A stretch of DNA of 64,000 nucleotides from Acidobacteriota bacterium (GCA_965263035.1 OZ253580.1:1728001-1792000); one strand, 5' to 3'; positions 1-10,885 are shown, counted from the stretch's first letter. Notes: generated from the sequence alone by a model not told the origin. Numbers and translations are program-made.

Positions 1-2185
1 CCTGGACGGACTCTCCGGCGCCGACACCGGCCACGCCGACCGAGGAGACGTCGAAGCGCAGGACACCGCCGATGAAGCCGTCGGCGACGACCCTCACCGA
101 CCCGGTCACCAGCTCCCCGCGTCCGTGGGTCGAGAGCGTCACCTCTCCCGAGCCCTGAACGCTTGCCCGCATGATCAGACCGCCGTCCTGCCGCACTTGG
201 AGATTCTCTCCCAGATCCACCACCGATTCGGGATCGATAAGATGTCCGTTCTGGTCGTAGAAGTGGATCACGGGACGGACCGGAGAGCGGCCCGTGTTCA
301 CCAGCACCAGGTCGGAGGTGGTGGAAGACCCGTTGGCGAAATGAGGGAAGTTCAGGTATACGGAGTCCCGCGGCCGCGTCCTTGGCACCGACACCACCGG
401 CATGGTGGTGAAGATCCCGTCTTCGGCATCCATCTCGAACGCCACTCCCGTGAAGCTTCCCCGGCAGCGCAGCGACCCCGTGAAGTCGGTCGTGTCGGTC
501 TGAGTGAACCACTCATCGATGAACCGGGCTTTCTGCCCATTGGCATTGAATTCCAGTCGCACCTGTTCATACACGCTGCCCTGTCGCATCAATTGGCAGG
601 TGACCGGCCTGGACCCCTCACCCAGATAGCGGATCGCAGCCCCGGTGTTGATGCCTCCCTCCTGTCGGCGCACCGGGAAGATGGCGTCGCGGAGGGGACG
701 GCTGGACCCCACGCCCGCCACCCCTATCCCCGGGGCGTCGAAACGCAGGACTCCGCCGATGGGGCCGTCGGCCACGACCCGCGCCGATCCGGTCACCAGT
801 TCCCCGCGGCCGTGGGTCGAAAGCGTCAGCTCTCCCAAGGGTTCCACGTCCGTCCGGACAGCCAGGGCTCCATCTCCTCGAACTTCCAGGTTCCGTGCGA
901 CATCCACCACCGACCCGGCATCGATGGGTTCTCCCTCCTTGTCGAAAAAGTAGAAGGAGGGACGGATCGGCTCGGTTCCGACGTTCACGATCACCAACTC
1001 GGAGGTGATGGACGACCCGTTGGCGAAATGGGCGAAGTCCAGGGAGAGCGGTTCCCATAACGTCAGCGTCATGGGGGATCGGACAAGCGTGTAACCGTAG
1101 TGGGGTAGAGGGCGTGTCGGCAGACGCTGGATATCGGCGGTGACGGCAGCGGCTGCATCGGAAGCCCGGGACACCGAACGGGCCGGGCTTTCCGTTTGCC
1201 CTCTGGGAATCGTAAGTCGTCGTGAACCCCCTTCGATGAGAACACCGCCGGTCAGGAGGATGGAAAGGTCGATATCGAAAGGGGCCCCAGTCGGCGCCCG
1301 GGCCTGGAACCGGCCCGGCTCCACCCATTCCAGGAGAACCGGAACGAGCAAGGGGTCGACAGGATTTCCGTTCAGGGAGATCCATTCCAAGGAAACCAGG
1401 CCGGAAAAGAAACCGTCCGGCAAGCTCCTCAACTGGTTTCGGTACAACCGGAGCGCTTTCAGTGCCAAGAGGCCGGAGAATACCCCTTCCGGAAAGCTCT
1501 CCCGGCTCAAGTTGTTGCTATTCAGATTGAGCTCTCGCAACGAGGAAAGGCCGGCAAAGAGGCCGGACGGCAGGCGGCTCAGTTGGTTGCGATTCAGCTG
1601 GAGCAATTCCAATGCGGACAGCCCTGAAAACATCCCTTCCGGCAGACTGCTCAATTGGTTTGATTCCAGAAAAATCCTCTCCAGTGCGGGGAGATCGGCG
1701 AACGTCCGGTCCGGCAGGTTCTTCAGTTCGTTGTCTTGCAGGTAGAGTAGCTGCAAGGAGTCCAGCCCGGAGAAGAGTCCCTCCGGCAGGCTGGTCAGAT
1801 TGTTCCGGGCCAGGTCGATCTCTCGCAACGACGTCAGTCCCGAGAAATCGCCCGCCTTCAATTCCGAAATGATGTCCGGACGAGTTTCCCGCTCATTGAT
1901 CGGTACCGACAAGATGTCTTGCGGTCCTCGCAGATTCAGGATCTCTTCGATCCCGGCCAGGTGCGCTGCGGTCACGTCGGCGCAATCGGTCACCTCGGGT
2001 ATCAGGGTCACGATCTCGTCGCGCACTCGGGGAGTCCGGTCGCAGACCGGAGTCACACCGTTCGCCTGAGCCACCGCTTGCACCGGCAGGGCCGCCAGCA
2101 GGAACAGGGCCCACGCTGCCGGCAGGAGATTGGATTCGGGTCTCCTTGGGGGACGATGCGGATTTGTCGAGGGGTACGTTGTCAT
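1..2185 (-). CDS. Secreted leucine-rich-repeat protein, paralog 1 (3' end runs off the window)
   Basis: Manual translation from ATG at 2185 (MTTYPSTNPH...): signal peptide, CDRTPRVRDEIV...C cap, 7 typical LRRs (LPEGxFSGLxxLxxLxLxxNxL), then LDFAHFANGSS-type domains homologous to 2418..5129. Absent from the ORF track because there is no stop within the window. Confidence 0.85.
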   Translation of the reverse strand, partial: MTTYPSTNPHRPPRRPESNLLPAAWALFLLAALPVQAVAQANGVTPVCDRTPRVRDEIVTLIPEVTDCADVTAAHLAGIEEILNLRGPQDILSVPINERETRPDIISELKAGDFSGLTSLREIDLARNNLTSLPEGLFSGLDSLQLLYLQDNELKNLPDRTFADLPALERIFLESNQLSSLPEGMFSGLSALELLQLNRNQLSRLPSGLFAGLSSLRELNLNSNNLSRESFPEGVFSGLLALKALRLYRNQLRSLPDGFFSGLVSLEWISLNGNPVDPLLVPVLLEWVEPGRFQARAPTGAPFDIDLSILLTGGVLIEGGSRRLTIPRGQTESPARSVSRASDAAAAVTADIQRLPTRPLPHYGYTLVRSPMTLTLWEPLSLDFAHFANGSSITSELVIVNVGTEPIRPSFYFFDKEGEPIDAGSVVDVARNLEVRGDGALAVRTDVEPLGELTLSTHGRGELVTGSARVVADGPIGGVLRFDAPGIGVAGVGSSRPLRDAIFPVRRQEGGINTGAAIRYLGEGSRPVTCQLMRQGSVYEQVRLEFNANGQKARFIDEWFTQTDTTDFTGSLRCRGSFTGVAFEMDAEDGIFTTMPVVSVPRTRPRDSVYLNFPHFANGSSTTSDLVLVNTGRSPVRPVIHFYDQNGHLIDPESVVDLGENLQVRQDGGLIMRASVQGSGEVTLSTHGRGELVTGSVRVVADGFIGGVLRFDVSSVGVAGVGAGESVQ

Positions 2186-2417
2186 TTGGTGTCTATCCTC
2201 CGGCACGAGGCCCTAGGAGCCTGCGCGGCAGAAATTGATCTACTGCGAAAGCGGTAGAATCGGTCCATATTTCCCCGATTTGTCGGCGAATAGAAAAACT
2301 ATGCACCTCCAAATCGAGAAAATCTGGCCTCGATTCCCCGCTTTCTCGCTACGATCATTTCTACCACGCAGACTCCTAGCCTTCGGTCAACTCCTACGTT
2401 CCGGTATCGCTGACAAG

Positions 2418-5129
2418 TCATCTGCGGACCGGAACCATCGGCAGCGTCGTCAAGATCCGGTTTCGAACGTCCATCTCCAGCGCCACTCCCGTGAACTCTT
2501 CGCCGTCCCGGGCCGTGCAACGCACCGACCCCACGAAGTCGGACCGCTTCGGCCCGTCGAACAACTCGTCAACGAAGAGTGCCGCCTGACCGTTCGTCAT
2601 CAACGGGATCAATTTCTCTTCCAGTACCATGCCGCCTTGCAGCAGCCGGCACGTCACCTCCGCCGCGGTCGCTCCCCGGTTGCGGATGGCAACCCCCGTC
2701 CGGATGCCCCCCAAGCGGTTCCGGGCCGGAAAGAGGGCGTCCTGAACCGGTTGACTGGCTCCCACTCCGGCAACGCCGATCTCCGGGATGTCGAACCGCA
2801 GGAATCCACCCACCGGACCGTCAGCGACGACTTTCACCGATCCGTTCACCAGGTCTCCCCGCCCGTGGGTCGAAATGGTGAGTTCTCCCAGGGGAGCCAC
2901 GGCCGTCCGCACGGTCAGGGCCCCGTCGGCTCGGACCTGAAACCGGTCCCCAAGGTCCACCACCGATGCCGGGGCTATGGGTTTGCCCCCATAGTCATGG
3001 AAATAGACGGCGGGGCGGATCGGCCGTGCGGCCACGTTCACGAACACCAGTTCGGAGGAGAAGGAGGAACCGTTGGCGAAGTGGGCGAAATAGAGGTGCG
3101 TGTAGTCTTGATTCCGCTTCTGCGGAACGGAAACCACGGGCAAAGTCGTGAATATGGCCTGTTCGAAATCCATCTCCAGGGCGACTCCGGCGAAAGACGC
3201 CTCGACGGGCGCGCCGCAGCGTACGGATCCCAAAAAGTTCAAGGTGTCGGTCCCGGGGAACAGCTCGTTGATGAACAGAGCCGCCTGTCCGTTCGCCTCC
3301 AACGGGATTTCCGCCTCTTCCAGCACGTTGGCCTCTTGCATCAATTGACACGTTACCGTGATGGGGTCCTCTCCCAGGTTGCGGATCGCCGCACCGGTGT
3401 TGATGCCTCCCTCGTTGCGGCGCACCGGGAAGACGGCGTCCCGTAGGGGTCGGCTGGACCCGACGCCCGCCACGCCGATCCCGGGGGCATTGAAGCGCAG
3501 GACTCCGCCGATGGGGCCGTCGGCTGCGACCCGCGCCGATCCTCTGACCAGTTCCCCGCGGCCGTGAGTCGAAATCGTCAGCTCTCCCAGCGGCTCCACC
3601 GCCGTCCGGATGCTCAGAACCCCGTCTCCTTGGACCTCCATATCTCCCGTGACGTCCACCACCGATCCGGCATCGATGGGATCGCCCTCCTTGTCGTAGA
3701 AGTGGATGGAGGGAAGGACCGGTTGGGTTCCAACGTTCACGATCACCAGGTCGGACGTGATGGAGGATCCGTTGGCGAAGTGAGCGAAGTCCAGGGATTG
3801 CGACTCCCACACCGCCAGCGGCAGGGGAGATCGAATGAGGACGTAGCCGTAGTGGGGTCCAGGGCGTCTGGGAAGACCCGCAATCTCGACGGTGACGGCA
3901 GAAGCGGTATCGGGACTCCGGGAGACCGAAAAGACCGGGCTTTCCGTGTGGCCCGTGGGAATCGTGATGCGGGGCGAGTCTCCTTCGATCGCGGAACCCG
4001 CGGACAGTTCGAGAGCCAGCTCGATCTCGTAGGGGGCGCCGGTCGGGGCCCGGGCCCGGAATCGGCCCGGCTCCACCCATTCCAGGGAAACGGGAACGAG
4101 CAAGGGGTCGCCGGGATTGTCGGCCAGGTTCAACCAATTCAGGGAGGTCAGGCCCGAGAAGATCCCGTCCGGCAGTCGCCTGAGTTGATTCTGATGCAAC
4201 CGGAGTTCGTAAAGGGAGGTCAGGCCGGAGAAAACCCTCGCCGGCAAGTGGCTCAGACGATTCCCCGCCAGGTAGAGACGGATCATCGAGGAGGATCCGG
4301 AGAAGATCCCTTCCGGCAGGGTGGCCAGTCGATTCCATTCGATCCGGAGCCATTCCAGCGAGATGAGACCCGCGAAGAGGCCTTCCGGCAGGCGGCTGAG
4401 TTCGTTGCCGTCGAGCCAGAGCCAGCGGAGCGAGGAGAGCCCTGCGAAAACCCCCGGCGGCAGGCGGCTCAGCCGGTTGCGGTCCAGACTGAGCACCACC
4501 AGGGCGGGGAGCCCGGTGAAGGTCCCCTCCGGAAGTGTGTTCATCTGATTGTCATTCAGATAAAGAACCTGGAGCGACGAGAGGCCGGAGAAAATCCCCT
4601 CCGGCAGGGTGGTCAGCTTGTTGTCCCGTAGGCTGAGACTCGAGAGAGACGAGAGACCGGAGAAGATGCCCTCCGGAAGGCTGCTCGTTTGATTGCTGAC
4701 GATCGAAAGAGACAGTAGCGCCGCGAGCCCGGAGAATATTCCCTTCGGAAGGGTGGACAATTCATTCCGGCCGATGATGATCGATCTCAGCGAAGTCAGG
4801 CCGGAAAAATCCCCTTCCTTCAACTCCTTGATAGGATCGGGGTAGCCAGTGAAAAAGCCGTTGAAGGGACCGTAAAGACTGAGGGAACCTCGAAACGCGG
4901 CCAGATGCTCCTCAGTCACATCGGCGCAATCGCTTACCCCTGGAATCCTTCTCACAATTTCGTCTCGGACTTCCGGAGTCCGGTCGCAAACCGGAGTCAC
5001 CCCGGGCATCTGGGCCATGGCCGGCACCGGGGCGGCCAATAGCAGGAACATGCCCAGGGTCGCGGCCGAAAAGAGAGACTGGGATCTGACGCGGGGAAGA
5101 TGAGGGGTCTTAGGGGGGTGGGTCAACAT
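2418..5129 (-). CDS. Secreted leucine-rich-repeat protein, paralog 2
   Basis: ORF 2418..5195, probable start MLTHPP at 5129; signal peptide, Cys cap, 10 x 24-aa LRRs, two tandem ~230-aa C-terminal repeats beginning (L)DFAHFANGSS / YFAHFANGSS. Confidence 0.9.
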   Translation of the reverse strand: MLTHPPKTPHLPRVRSQSLFSAATLGMFLLLAAPVPAMAQMPGVTPVCDRTPEVRDEIVRRIPGVSDCADVTEEHLAAFRGSLSLYGPFNGFFTGYPDPIKELKEGDFSGLTSLRSIIIGRNELSTLPKGIFSGLAALLSLSIVSNQTSSLPEGIFSGLSSLSSLSLRDNKLTTLPEGIFSGLSSLQVLYLNDNQMNTLPEGTFTGLPALVVLSLDRNRLSRLPPGVFAGLSSLRWLWLDGNELSRLPEGLFAGLISLEWLRIEWNRLATLPEGIFSGSSSMIRLYLAGNRLSHLPARVFSGLTSLYELRLHQNQLRRLPDGIFSGLTSLNWLNLADNPGDPLLVPVSLEWVEPGRFRARAPTGAPYEIELALELSAGSAIEGDSPRITIPTGHTESPVFSVSRSPDTASAVTVEIAGLPRRPGPHYGYVLIRSPLPLAVWESQSLDFAHFANGSSITSDLVIVNVGTQPVLPSIHFYDKEGDPIDAGSVVDVTGDMEVQGDGVLSIRTAVEPLGELTISTHGRGELVRGSARVAADGPIGGVLRFNAPGIGVAGVGSSRPLRDAVFPVRRNEGGINTGAAIRNLGEDPITVTCQLMQEANVLEEAEIPLEANGQAALFINELFPGTDTLNFLGSVRCGAPVEASFAGVALEMDFEQAIFTTLPVVSVPQKRNQDYTHLYFAHFANGSSFSSELVFVNVAARPIRPAVYFHDYGGKPIAPASVVDLGDRFQVRADGALTVRTAVAPLGELTISTHGRGDLVNGSVKVVADGPVGGFLRFDIPEIGVAGVGASQPVQDALFPARNRLGGIRTGVAIRNRGATAAEVTCRLLQGGMVLEEKLIPLMTNGQAALFVDELFDGPKRSDFVGSVRCTARDGEEFTGVALEMDVRNRILTTLPMVPVRR

Positions 5130-5449
5130 GTGATTTCGGTCCTCCGAGGGGGGTCGGTCGTGCTCAGAGAGGCGGGAGGCTCCTCCGAGCAGCATTTCAG
5201 CGCGTTCGCATTACTCAATAGGATGCGGGAATTGTCGATCATTTTGAACCGTACGGATTTCTCACAAGTTCTGAACCACCGTCGCCGTGTTGTTCCCGCA
5301 CGTCTCGTGTTTCGGGCATTGTCCTGAGTTGCACCACGATGCTCACAAAAGGGAATGTGAGTTTTCCGTCCAAAATGGCTCACCGAATCTCAAATTCATA
5401 GAAGCGCTCCCACCAGTTGGCGTCCGGCGAAGTCCCGGAAGGAAAAGGA

Positions 5450-5544
5450 GGAGCGGCGGTTTCCAACCGCCGAACTCCCAAAGGGGCATGGGGGCAGGAG
5501 CGCACGGGGGAATGGAAGAATGGGGGACTACAAGTCCCCCCTCC
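5450..5544. repeat. REP-like palindromic element
   Basis: GGAGCGGCGGTTTCCAACCGCCG...GGGGGACTACAAGTCCCCCCTCC; related copies recur through the window. Confidence 0.7.
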
Positions 5545-5749
5545 GGGTCTGGAAATCGGGGATCGATTCTGTAAGACTGAGTCTTCTCTCAAGACTGTAC
5601 ACTACGAATGAGCGTCACGGAGCCAACCTGGGACCTATCCAACCGGGAGTTCTGCCAAGTTCCCCATAACTCTGGAGTCCGCATCCCTCGGGCCAGTGTT
5701 TCCCTGCCACCCGGGATAGCCTCGTTGATTCGATCGGGAGTGTCACGTC

Positions 5750-8700
5750 ATGCCGAATAAGAGCTTTATCCGTTCTTGTCTTCCTGGCTCCGGTCGCTCT
5801 CTGCGTCAACCGGGAACCGCGGCCGCGCTGCTGCTGGCCGGCACCGTTCTGCTCCCCGCCCAGACCGACACCGGCACCATCCGGGGTTACGTCTACGACG
5901 AGACCCGGGCCGTCCTTCCCGGCGTCGCCGTCACCGCCACTTATCAGGGCCGGGGCGTGATCCGGGAGACCTTCACCTCGGACCTCGGCGAATATGTCAT
6001 GAGCCGAATCGATCCGGGCCTCTACACGCTTCGCTTCGAATTGCCGGGCTTCGCTCCCTACGTGGTGCAGGATCTGGAGGTCCTGGTCGGAGAAACCCAG
6101 GCCTTCTCCCCGGAGATCGTCGTGGCCGCCGAAGAAATCGTCATCACGGCGGAGGCACGGCGGATCGTCGTCGCCCGCGACAAGACCCAGCAGTCCAACC
6201 ATATCGACTCGGCCAGCATCGAGGACCTCCCCATCAACCGCCGCGACTACCTGGACCTGGCCCTTCTCACGCCTGGAGTCGTGGACTCGAACTACGTGGC
6301 CGACGATCGTGACTTCCGCATCGCCCCGACACCCGCGTCCGGACTCGGCATCGGCGGTGGCGGTGGGCGCGGCAACACCTTCACCATCGACGGGCTGAAC
6401 AACAACTACTCCACCGGGAGCGTCCGGTCCTCCATCAGCCAGGACGCGGTGCAGGAGTTCCAGATCAACCGGAATTCGTTCTCCGCGGAGCTGGGCGGAG
6501 CGCCCGGGGGGGCCATCAACATCGTGACCAAGGGCGGCACGAACGATTACCGCGGATCTATCTTTGGAGTACTCCGCAACCGCCGTTTCCAGGCCCGCAA
6601 TCATTTCGATCCGGCCGAGTCGGCATACACCCGGGCCCAGAGCGGGGGTTCCTTCGGCGGTCCCATCCTGCGCGGCACAACGTTCTTCTACACCTCCTAC
6701 GAACGCCTCGACCGGCACGAGTCGTCGTTCGTTCCCCTGCTCCGGGACAAGTCGTTCCTGTACGAGCTGACGCCCTCGCAGCAGGCTCTGGCCGACGGGA
6801 TCGCCAGCGACTCGGCTCCACCCGAATTCGCGCCACTGGCTCCGTTGGTCGGGTACCTTGCGGAGGCCCTGGTTCCGGGAAACTATCCCCACGTGGTCCG
6901 TCTGTTCGAGAGCAACAGCGGGGTCTTCCCCTTCTCGGAAGAGCGGCAGCAATTCATAACTCGCGTCGACCATGCGATAGGGTCGGCGCACAAACTATTC
7001 TTGCGAGGAAATTGGACGGGACTGAACAGCCAGAATACCAACTTCGGGTCGTTGATCGCCCGCGACCGGGGCCGGAACAACGACCTGAACGATTTCTCGG
7101 TCGCGGTCGGGAACGCCTCGGTGATCAGCCCGGAGTGGATCAGCGAAACCTGGCTGGGGATCGGGTACCACGACTTCGGCGTCTATCCTACCGACCCGCA
7201 TGGACCCTCCATCGACATCAACGGATTCGGCTATTTCGGACGAGACCTCATCCTGCCCACCCGGAACGTGGAACGGACGGGACAGGCGCGGCAGAACTTC
7301 ACCTACGTCTCCGGCGGACATTCGGTCAAATTCGGCGCCGACTACAATCCATTGTACGACCGGGCGCGGTCCGAAACCTTCTTCAGCGGGAAGTTCGTCT
7401 TTGGAGAGGCCATTCCGCTTTCGGTTCTGATCGACCAAGGCGCCGGGTACACCGTCGCTCCATTGCTCAAGGATCTGTTTCATTCGGTCGGGCAGCCCCA
7501 GTTGGCCGCGGCAGTCGATGCTCCCATCTCCTCATTGCAGGCCTACGCGCTCGGCCTGCCCCTGGTCTACCAGCAGGGTTTCGGCGATCCTTTCTACAGC
7601 GGATGGGCCCACACCTACGGCTTCTTCGTCGAGGACTCGTGGCGCGTCCACCAGAACTTCCTGCTGACCCTGGGGCTGCGCTACGAACTCTTCCGCAAGG
7701 CGGGTTTCCCCCGGGACAACAACAACTTCGGTCCCCGGATGGGGTTCGCCTGGAGTCCCGACGCCAAGACCGTGATCCGAGGCGGCTACGGGATCTTCCA
7801 CTCTCGGATCGACGGCCACATCACGTTCATCAACGACCTGCTGGGGGAAGACGTCCAGCAGATCATTCAGGTCTTCATCCCCCTGAACGGCATCCCGGGA
7901 GTCAACAGTGCATTGACCGGAGAGCCGCTCAACTCGGCGGAAATCTATCATACGCTCTTGAACCGCGGCGTCCTGGGCAAGCGGCCGATCACGGCCGAGG
8001 ATCTGGCCCTCCATGGATTCGTTCCAACTCCCGGACTGCCCTTTCACGTCCGGTTCCAGATCGCCGACGACATGGTGAATCCCTATTCCCAACAGGCGAG
8101 CCTCGAGGTTCAGAGGGAGGCCGCCGGATTCGCCCTTTCGGCCGGGTACAACTTCAACCGCGGAGTCCACATCGTCCGACCGCTCGACGTCAATGCCTAC
8201 CGCGCCGGGACCAATGCCCTGGGGCGGCCCGTCGTCGGTTTTCACAACCCGATCATCTTGCAGGACAACATCTACGGCAGTTGGTCCAATTCCTTCTACC
8301 ACGCCCTGATCCTGCAACTGGAGAAACGGTTCTCGGATGGTTTCCTGATCTCGGCTCATCACACCTGGAGCAAGGCGATGGACGAGATCACCGATTACAA
8401 CACCTCGTTCCAGCCACATTTGCAATGGGACGCCGCGTCGGAAATGGCCTTGTCTTCCTACCATCGCGGGCACCGATTCGTCGTCCGCTCCATGGTCCAG
8501 CTTCCCTGGAAGGCCGGCCGGGGAAAGGGCTTTCTCGACAACCTGCTCGGGGATCTAACCATCTCCGGGATTGTCACGGCACGCTCGTTCGCCCCGTTCA
8601 ATCTCAATACGGGTTACGACAACGTAGGGGACCGCCACAACGACACCCACCGGCCCTGGGGCGTGGGCCGCAACGTGGGGATCGGACCCAACTTCTTCAG

Positions 8701-8947
8701 CGCCGACCTGCGCCTGAAGCGCCGGATCTCCGTCTTGGAGGACCTGAGCGTAGACATCGTGGCCGAGGGATTCAACCTGCTCAACCGCACCAACTTCAAG
8801 CACGTCAACGGCACCGTCGGCCCGCTCACGCTGGAAGAGCTTCCGTCCTCGTACAAGGGGCGCCGGGGGCCGGTGACGGAGCCGTTCTCCTACACGTCGG
8901 CATTCGCGCCGAGGCAGTTCCAGTTCTCTCTCCGCGTCAACTTCTGA
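5750..8947 (+). CDS. TonB-dependent receptor (Oar-like, N-terminal carboxypeptidase-regulatory-like domain)
   Basis: 1065 aa; GTIRGYVYD...LPGVAVT N-domain, LPINRRDYLDLALLTPGV, DAVQEFQI...SAELG, NIVTKGGTN, C-terminal PRQFQFSLRVNF. Confidence 0.92.
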   Translation: MPNKSFIRSCLPGSGRSLRQPGTAAALLLAGTVLLPAQTDTGTIRGYVYDETRAVLPGVAVTATYQGRGVIRETFTSDLGEYVMSRIDPGLYTLRFELPGFAPYVVQDLEVLVGETQAFSPEIVVAAEEIVITAEARRIVVARDKTQQSNHIDSASIEDLPINRRDYLDLALLTPGVVDSNYVADDRDFRIAPTPASGLGIGGGGGRGNTFTIDGLNNNYSTGSVRSSISQDAVQEFQINRNSFSAELGGAPGGAINIVTKGGTNDYRGSIFGVLRNRRFQARNHFDPAESAYTRAQSGGSFGGPILRGTTFFYTSYERLDRHESSFVPLLRDKSFLYELTPSQQALADGIASDSAPPEFAPLAPLVGYLAEALVPGNYPHVVRLFESNSGVFPFSEERQQFITRVDHAIGSAHKLFLRGNWTGLNSQNTNFGSLIARDRGRNNDLNDFSVAVGNASVISPEWISETWLGIGYHDFGVYPTDPHGPSIDINGFGYFGRDLILPTRNVERTGQARQNFTYVSGGHSVKFGADYNPLYDRARSETFFSGKFVFGEAIPLSVLIDQGAGYTVAPLLKDLFHSVGQPQLAAAVDAPISSLQAYALGLPLVYQQGFGDPFYSGWAHTYGFFVEDSWRVHQNFLLTLGLRYELFRKAGFPRDNNNFGPRMGFAWSPDAKTVIRGGYGIFHSRIDGHITFINDLLGEDVQQIIQVFIPLNGIPGVNSALTGEPLNSAEIYHTLLNRGVLGKRPITAEDLALHGFVPTPGLPFHVRFQIADDMVNPYSQQASLEVQREAAGFALSAGYNFNRGVHIVRPLDVNAYRAGTNALGRPVVGFHNPIILQDNIYGSWSNSFYHALILQLEKRFSDGFLISAHHTWSKAMDEITDYNTSFQPHLQWDAASEMALSSYHRGHRFVVRSMVQLPWKAGRGKGFLDNLLGDLTISGIVTARSFAPFNLNTGYDNVGDRHNDTHRPWGVGRNVGIGPNFFSADLRLKRRISVLEDLSVDIVAEGFNLLNRTNFKHVNGTVGPLTLEELPSSYKGRRGPVTEPFSYTSAFAPRQFQFSLRVNF

Positions 8948-8959
8948 GACAGGGGCGGC

Positions 8960-9030
8960 GGATCGGCGGTTTCCAACCGCCGATCTCTCGACGAGGGATG
9001 GGGAACGGGGGACAAGACTGCCCCCCCTCC
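8960..9030. repeat. REP-like palindromic element
   Basis: GATCGGCGGTTTCCAACCGCCGATC plus GGGGGACAAGACTGCCCCCCCTCC. Confidence 0.7.
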
Positions 9031-9053
9031 TGTCCATTCGGGAAAGGAATCAG

Positions 9054-10019
9054 ATGAAATACCGTCACCTTGGAAACAGCGGCGTCAAAGTCTCGATCAT
9101 CGGCCTCGGCACCAATGTCTTCGGCCAGCACGACACCTTCACCCACTACTGCGATGAAAGGGAGACGGCCGCCATCATCCACCGGGCGGCCGACCTGGAC
9201 ATCAACCACATCGACACCGCCGACATGTACTCGCGCGGCGTTTCCGAAACCTACATCGGCAAGGCCATCGCCGGACAGCGCGACCGGTTCGTCATCGCCA
9301 GCAAGGTCGGCCTGCCGGTGGGGGACGGCCCCAACGATGCCGGGCTCTCGCGCGGCCATATCATGGACAGCATCGAAGGCACCCTCCGACGGCTGGAAAC
9401 GGACTACGTCGACCTCTACTACGCGCACCGTCCGGACCCGGCGACGCCCATCGAGGAGACGCTCCGCGCCTTCGACGATCTCGTCCGGCAGGGGAAGGTG
9501 CGCTACGTCGGCTGCTCGAACTACGCGGGCTGGGAAATCGCCACGGCGAGCGCCGCTGCCGAGCGGCGCGGCTACATGCCGTTCCTGGTCAGCCAGTCGC
9601 CCTACAACCTCTTCGAACGGTCATTGGAAGCCGAGGTCCTGCCCTGCTGCCGGCACCACGGGATGAGCATCGCCGCATACTCTCCGCTGGCCCAGGGCGT
9701 ATTGACGGGCAAGTATCGCCGGGGTGCGCCGATCCCGCGCGGCACCCGGGCCTGGAAGAATCCGAGTCCCTTCCTGGCCCGTTACATGACCGACGAGCGT
9801 CTGGAGACGGTCGAACGGCTCGATGCCTGGACCCGGGATCAGGGCCGCCGGTTGAGCGAACTGGCCATCGCCTGGCTGCTGGACAAGTCCTATGTCTGTA
9901 CCGTTCTCGTCGCGGTCACCAGCATCGAACAACTGGAAGCCAACGTCGCGGCCACCGACTGGACGCTCTCGCCGGATCAAGTGCAGGAAGTTGAAGCCAT
10001 CGTGGCAGGGGGTTTGTAG
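9054..10019 (+). CDS. Aldo/keto reductase
   Basis: MKYRHLGNSGVKVSIIGLGT, IDTADMYSRG, DLYYAH, GKVRYVGCSN, YSPLAQGVLTGKY. Confidence 0.95.
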   Translation: MKYRHLGNSGVKVSIIGLGTNVFGQHDTFTHYCDERETAAIIHRAADLDINHIDTADMYSRGVSETYIGKAIAGQRDRFVIASKVGLPVGDGPNDAGLSRGHIMDSIEGTLRRLETDYVDLYYAHRPDPATPIEETLRAFDDLVRQGKVRYVGCSNYAGWEIATASAAAERRGYMPFLVSQSPYNLFERSLEAEVLPCCRHHGMSIAAYSPLAQGVLTGKYRRGAPIPRGTRAWKNPSPFLARYMTDERLETVERLDAWTRDQGRRLSELAIAWLLDKSYVCTVLVAVTSIEQLEANVAATDWTLSPDQVQEVEAIVAGGL

Positions 10020-10040
10020 CTGTCGAACTCCGGACGGGTG

Positions 10041-10134
10041 GGAGCGGGGGTTTGCAACCCCCGATTCCGGCGTGTGTGGGGGAAAAGGACGATCTTCTCC
10101 CGCGAAGAGGGGGGACAGGGATGTCCCCCCTCCC
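10041..10134. repeat. REP-like element between convergent genes
   Basis: GGAGCGGGGGTTTGCAACCCCCG...GGGGGGACAGGGATGTCCCCCCTCC. Confidence 0.65.
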
Positions 10135-10138
10135 ACGG

Positions 10139-10885
10139 CTACCGGTCCAGGCGAAGCAACCAGCTGGACGCATTACGGATGAGCCGCTGCATCATGGGGT
10201 GACCCAGCGCTTCAGGCGTGTGCCCAGGTGCCAGATAGCAGAATCGTCCCTTCCCCATCTCCCGCCACCATCCGGCCGGGGCAGCCAGGTTGTCGCGCGC
10301 GATGGATCGCAGCAGGAGGTGTTCGTGGTCGAGATGGTATTTCACCGTGTGCTGCTCGTCGAAGATTTCAAAATCCTCCACGCCCGAGGTCACGGGGTGA
10401 TTCCTGTCTTCGACTCGAACGGTGAAGACATAGGGCTCGGGATGGCCTCCGTAGTCTCCTCCGAAGAGTTTGTAGTAGAGGCCGTCCGGCGGGTACAGGC
10501 CTTGGGAGTTGTGCAGAGCCAGGAAACCGCCGCCGCCGTGGACAAAATCCCAGATGGCCTGCTGCTGCGTGTCCGTCATCCACTTGACGTGCGGTTGGTC
10601 ATATCCGCCGGGCCAGTTCATGCCATCGCGAAGGATGATGAGCAGATCATGTTTGGCCAGTGATTCCGCGTTCAGGGCTTCGACGTTCTCGATGAAGGTC
10701 ACCGGGATGTTTTCTCGAACCAGGGCTTGGATCAAGTGATCCCGAATGTAGACCGGACTGTGGTACCGGTCGCCGATCAGGGCCAGCGCACGGGGCCGCT
10801 CAGCCGTCTGGTAGACCTCGAACGCTCTCTGCGCCGGAAGAGCCAGGGTCAGGGCGAACAGGGTCAACAACAATATTTTCTTCAT
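10139..10885 (-). CDS. ThuA domain-containing secreted protein
   Basis: Start MKKILLL signal peptide; FVHGGGGFLALHNS, HPVTSGV..F.IFDE, GKGRFCYLAPGH. Confidence 0.85.
   Translation of the reverse strand: MKKILLLTLFALTLALPAQRAFEVYQTAERPRALALIGDRYHSPVYIRDHLIQALVRENIPVTFIENVEALNAESLAKHDLLIILRDGMNWPGGYDQPHVKWMTDTQQQAIWDFVHGGGGFLALHNSQGLYPPDGLYYKLFGGDYGGHPEPYVFTVRVEDRNHPVTSGVEDFEIFDEQHTVKYHLDHEHLLLRSIARDNLAAPAGWWREMGKGRFCYLAPGHTPEALGHPMMQRLIRNASSWLLRLDR

Noticed and set aside
125-4631. Long + strand ORFs (125..1060, 2235..3446, 3564..4631) and similar ones such as 19910..22885 and 23273..24751
   Set aside because: Antisense shadows of real genes in GC-rich DNA; no motifs
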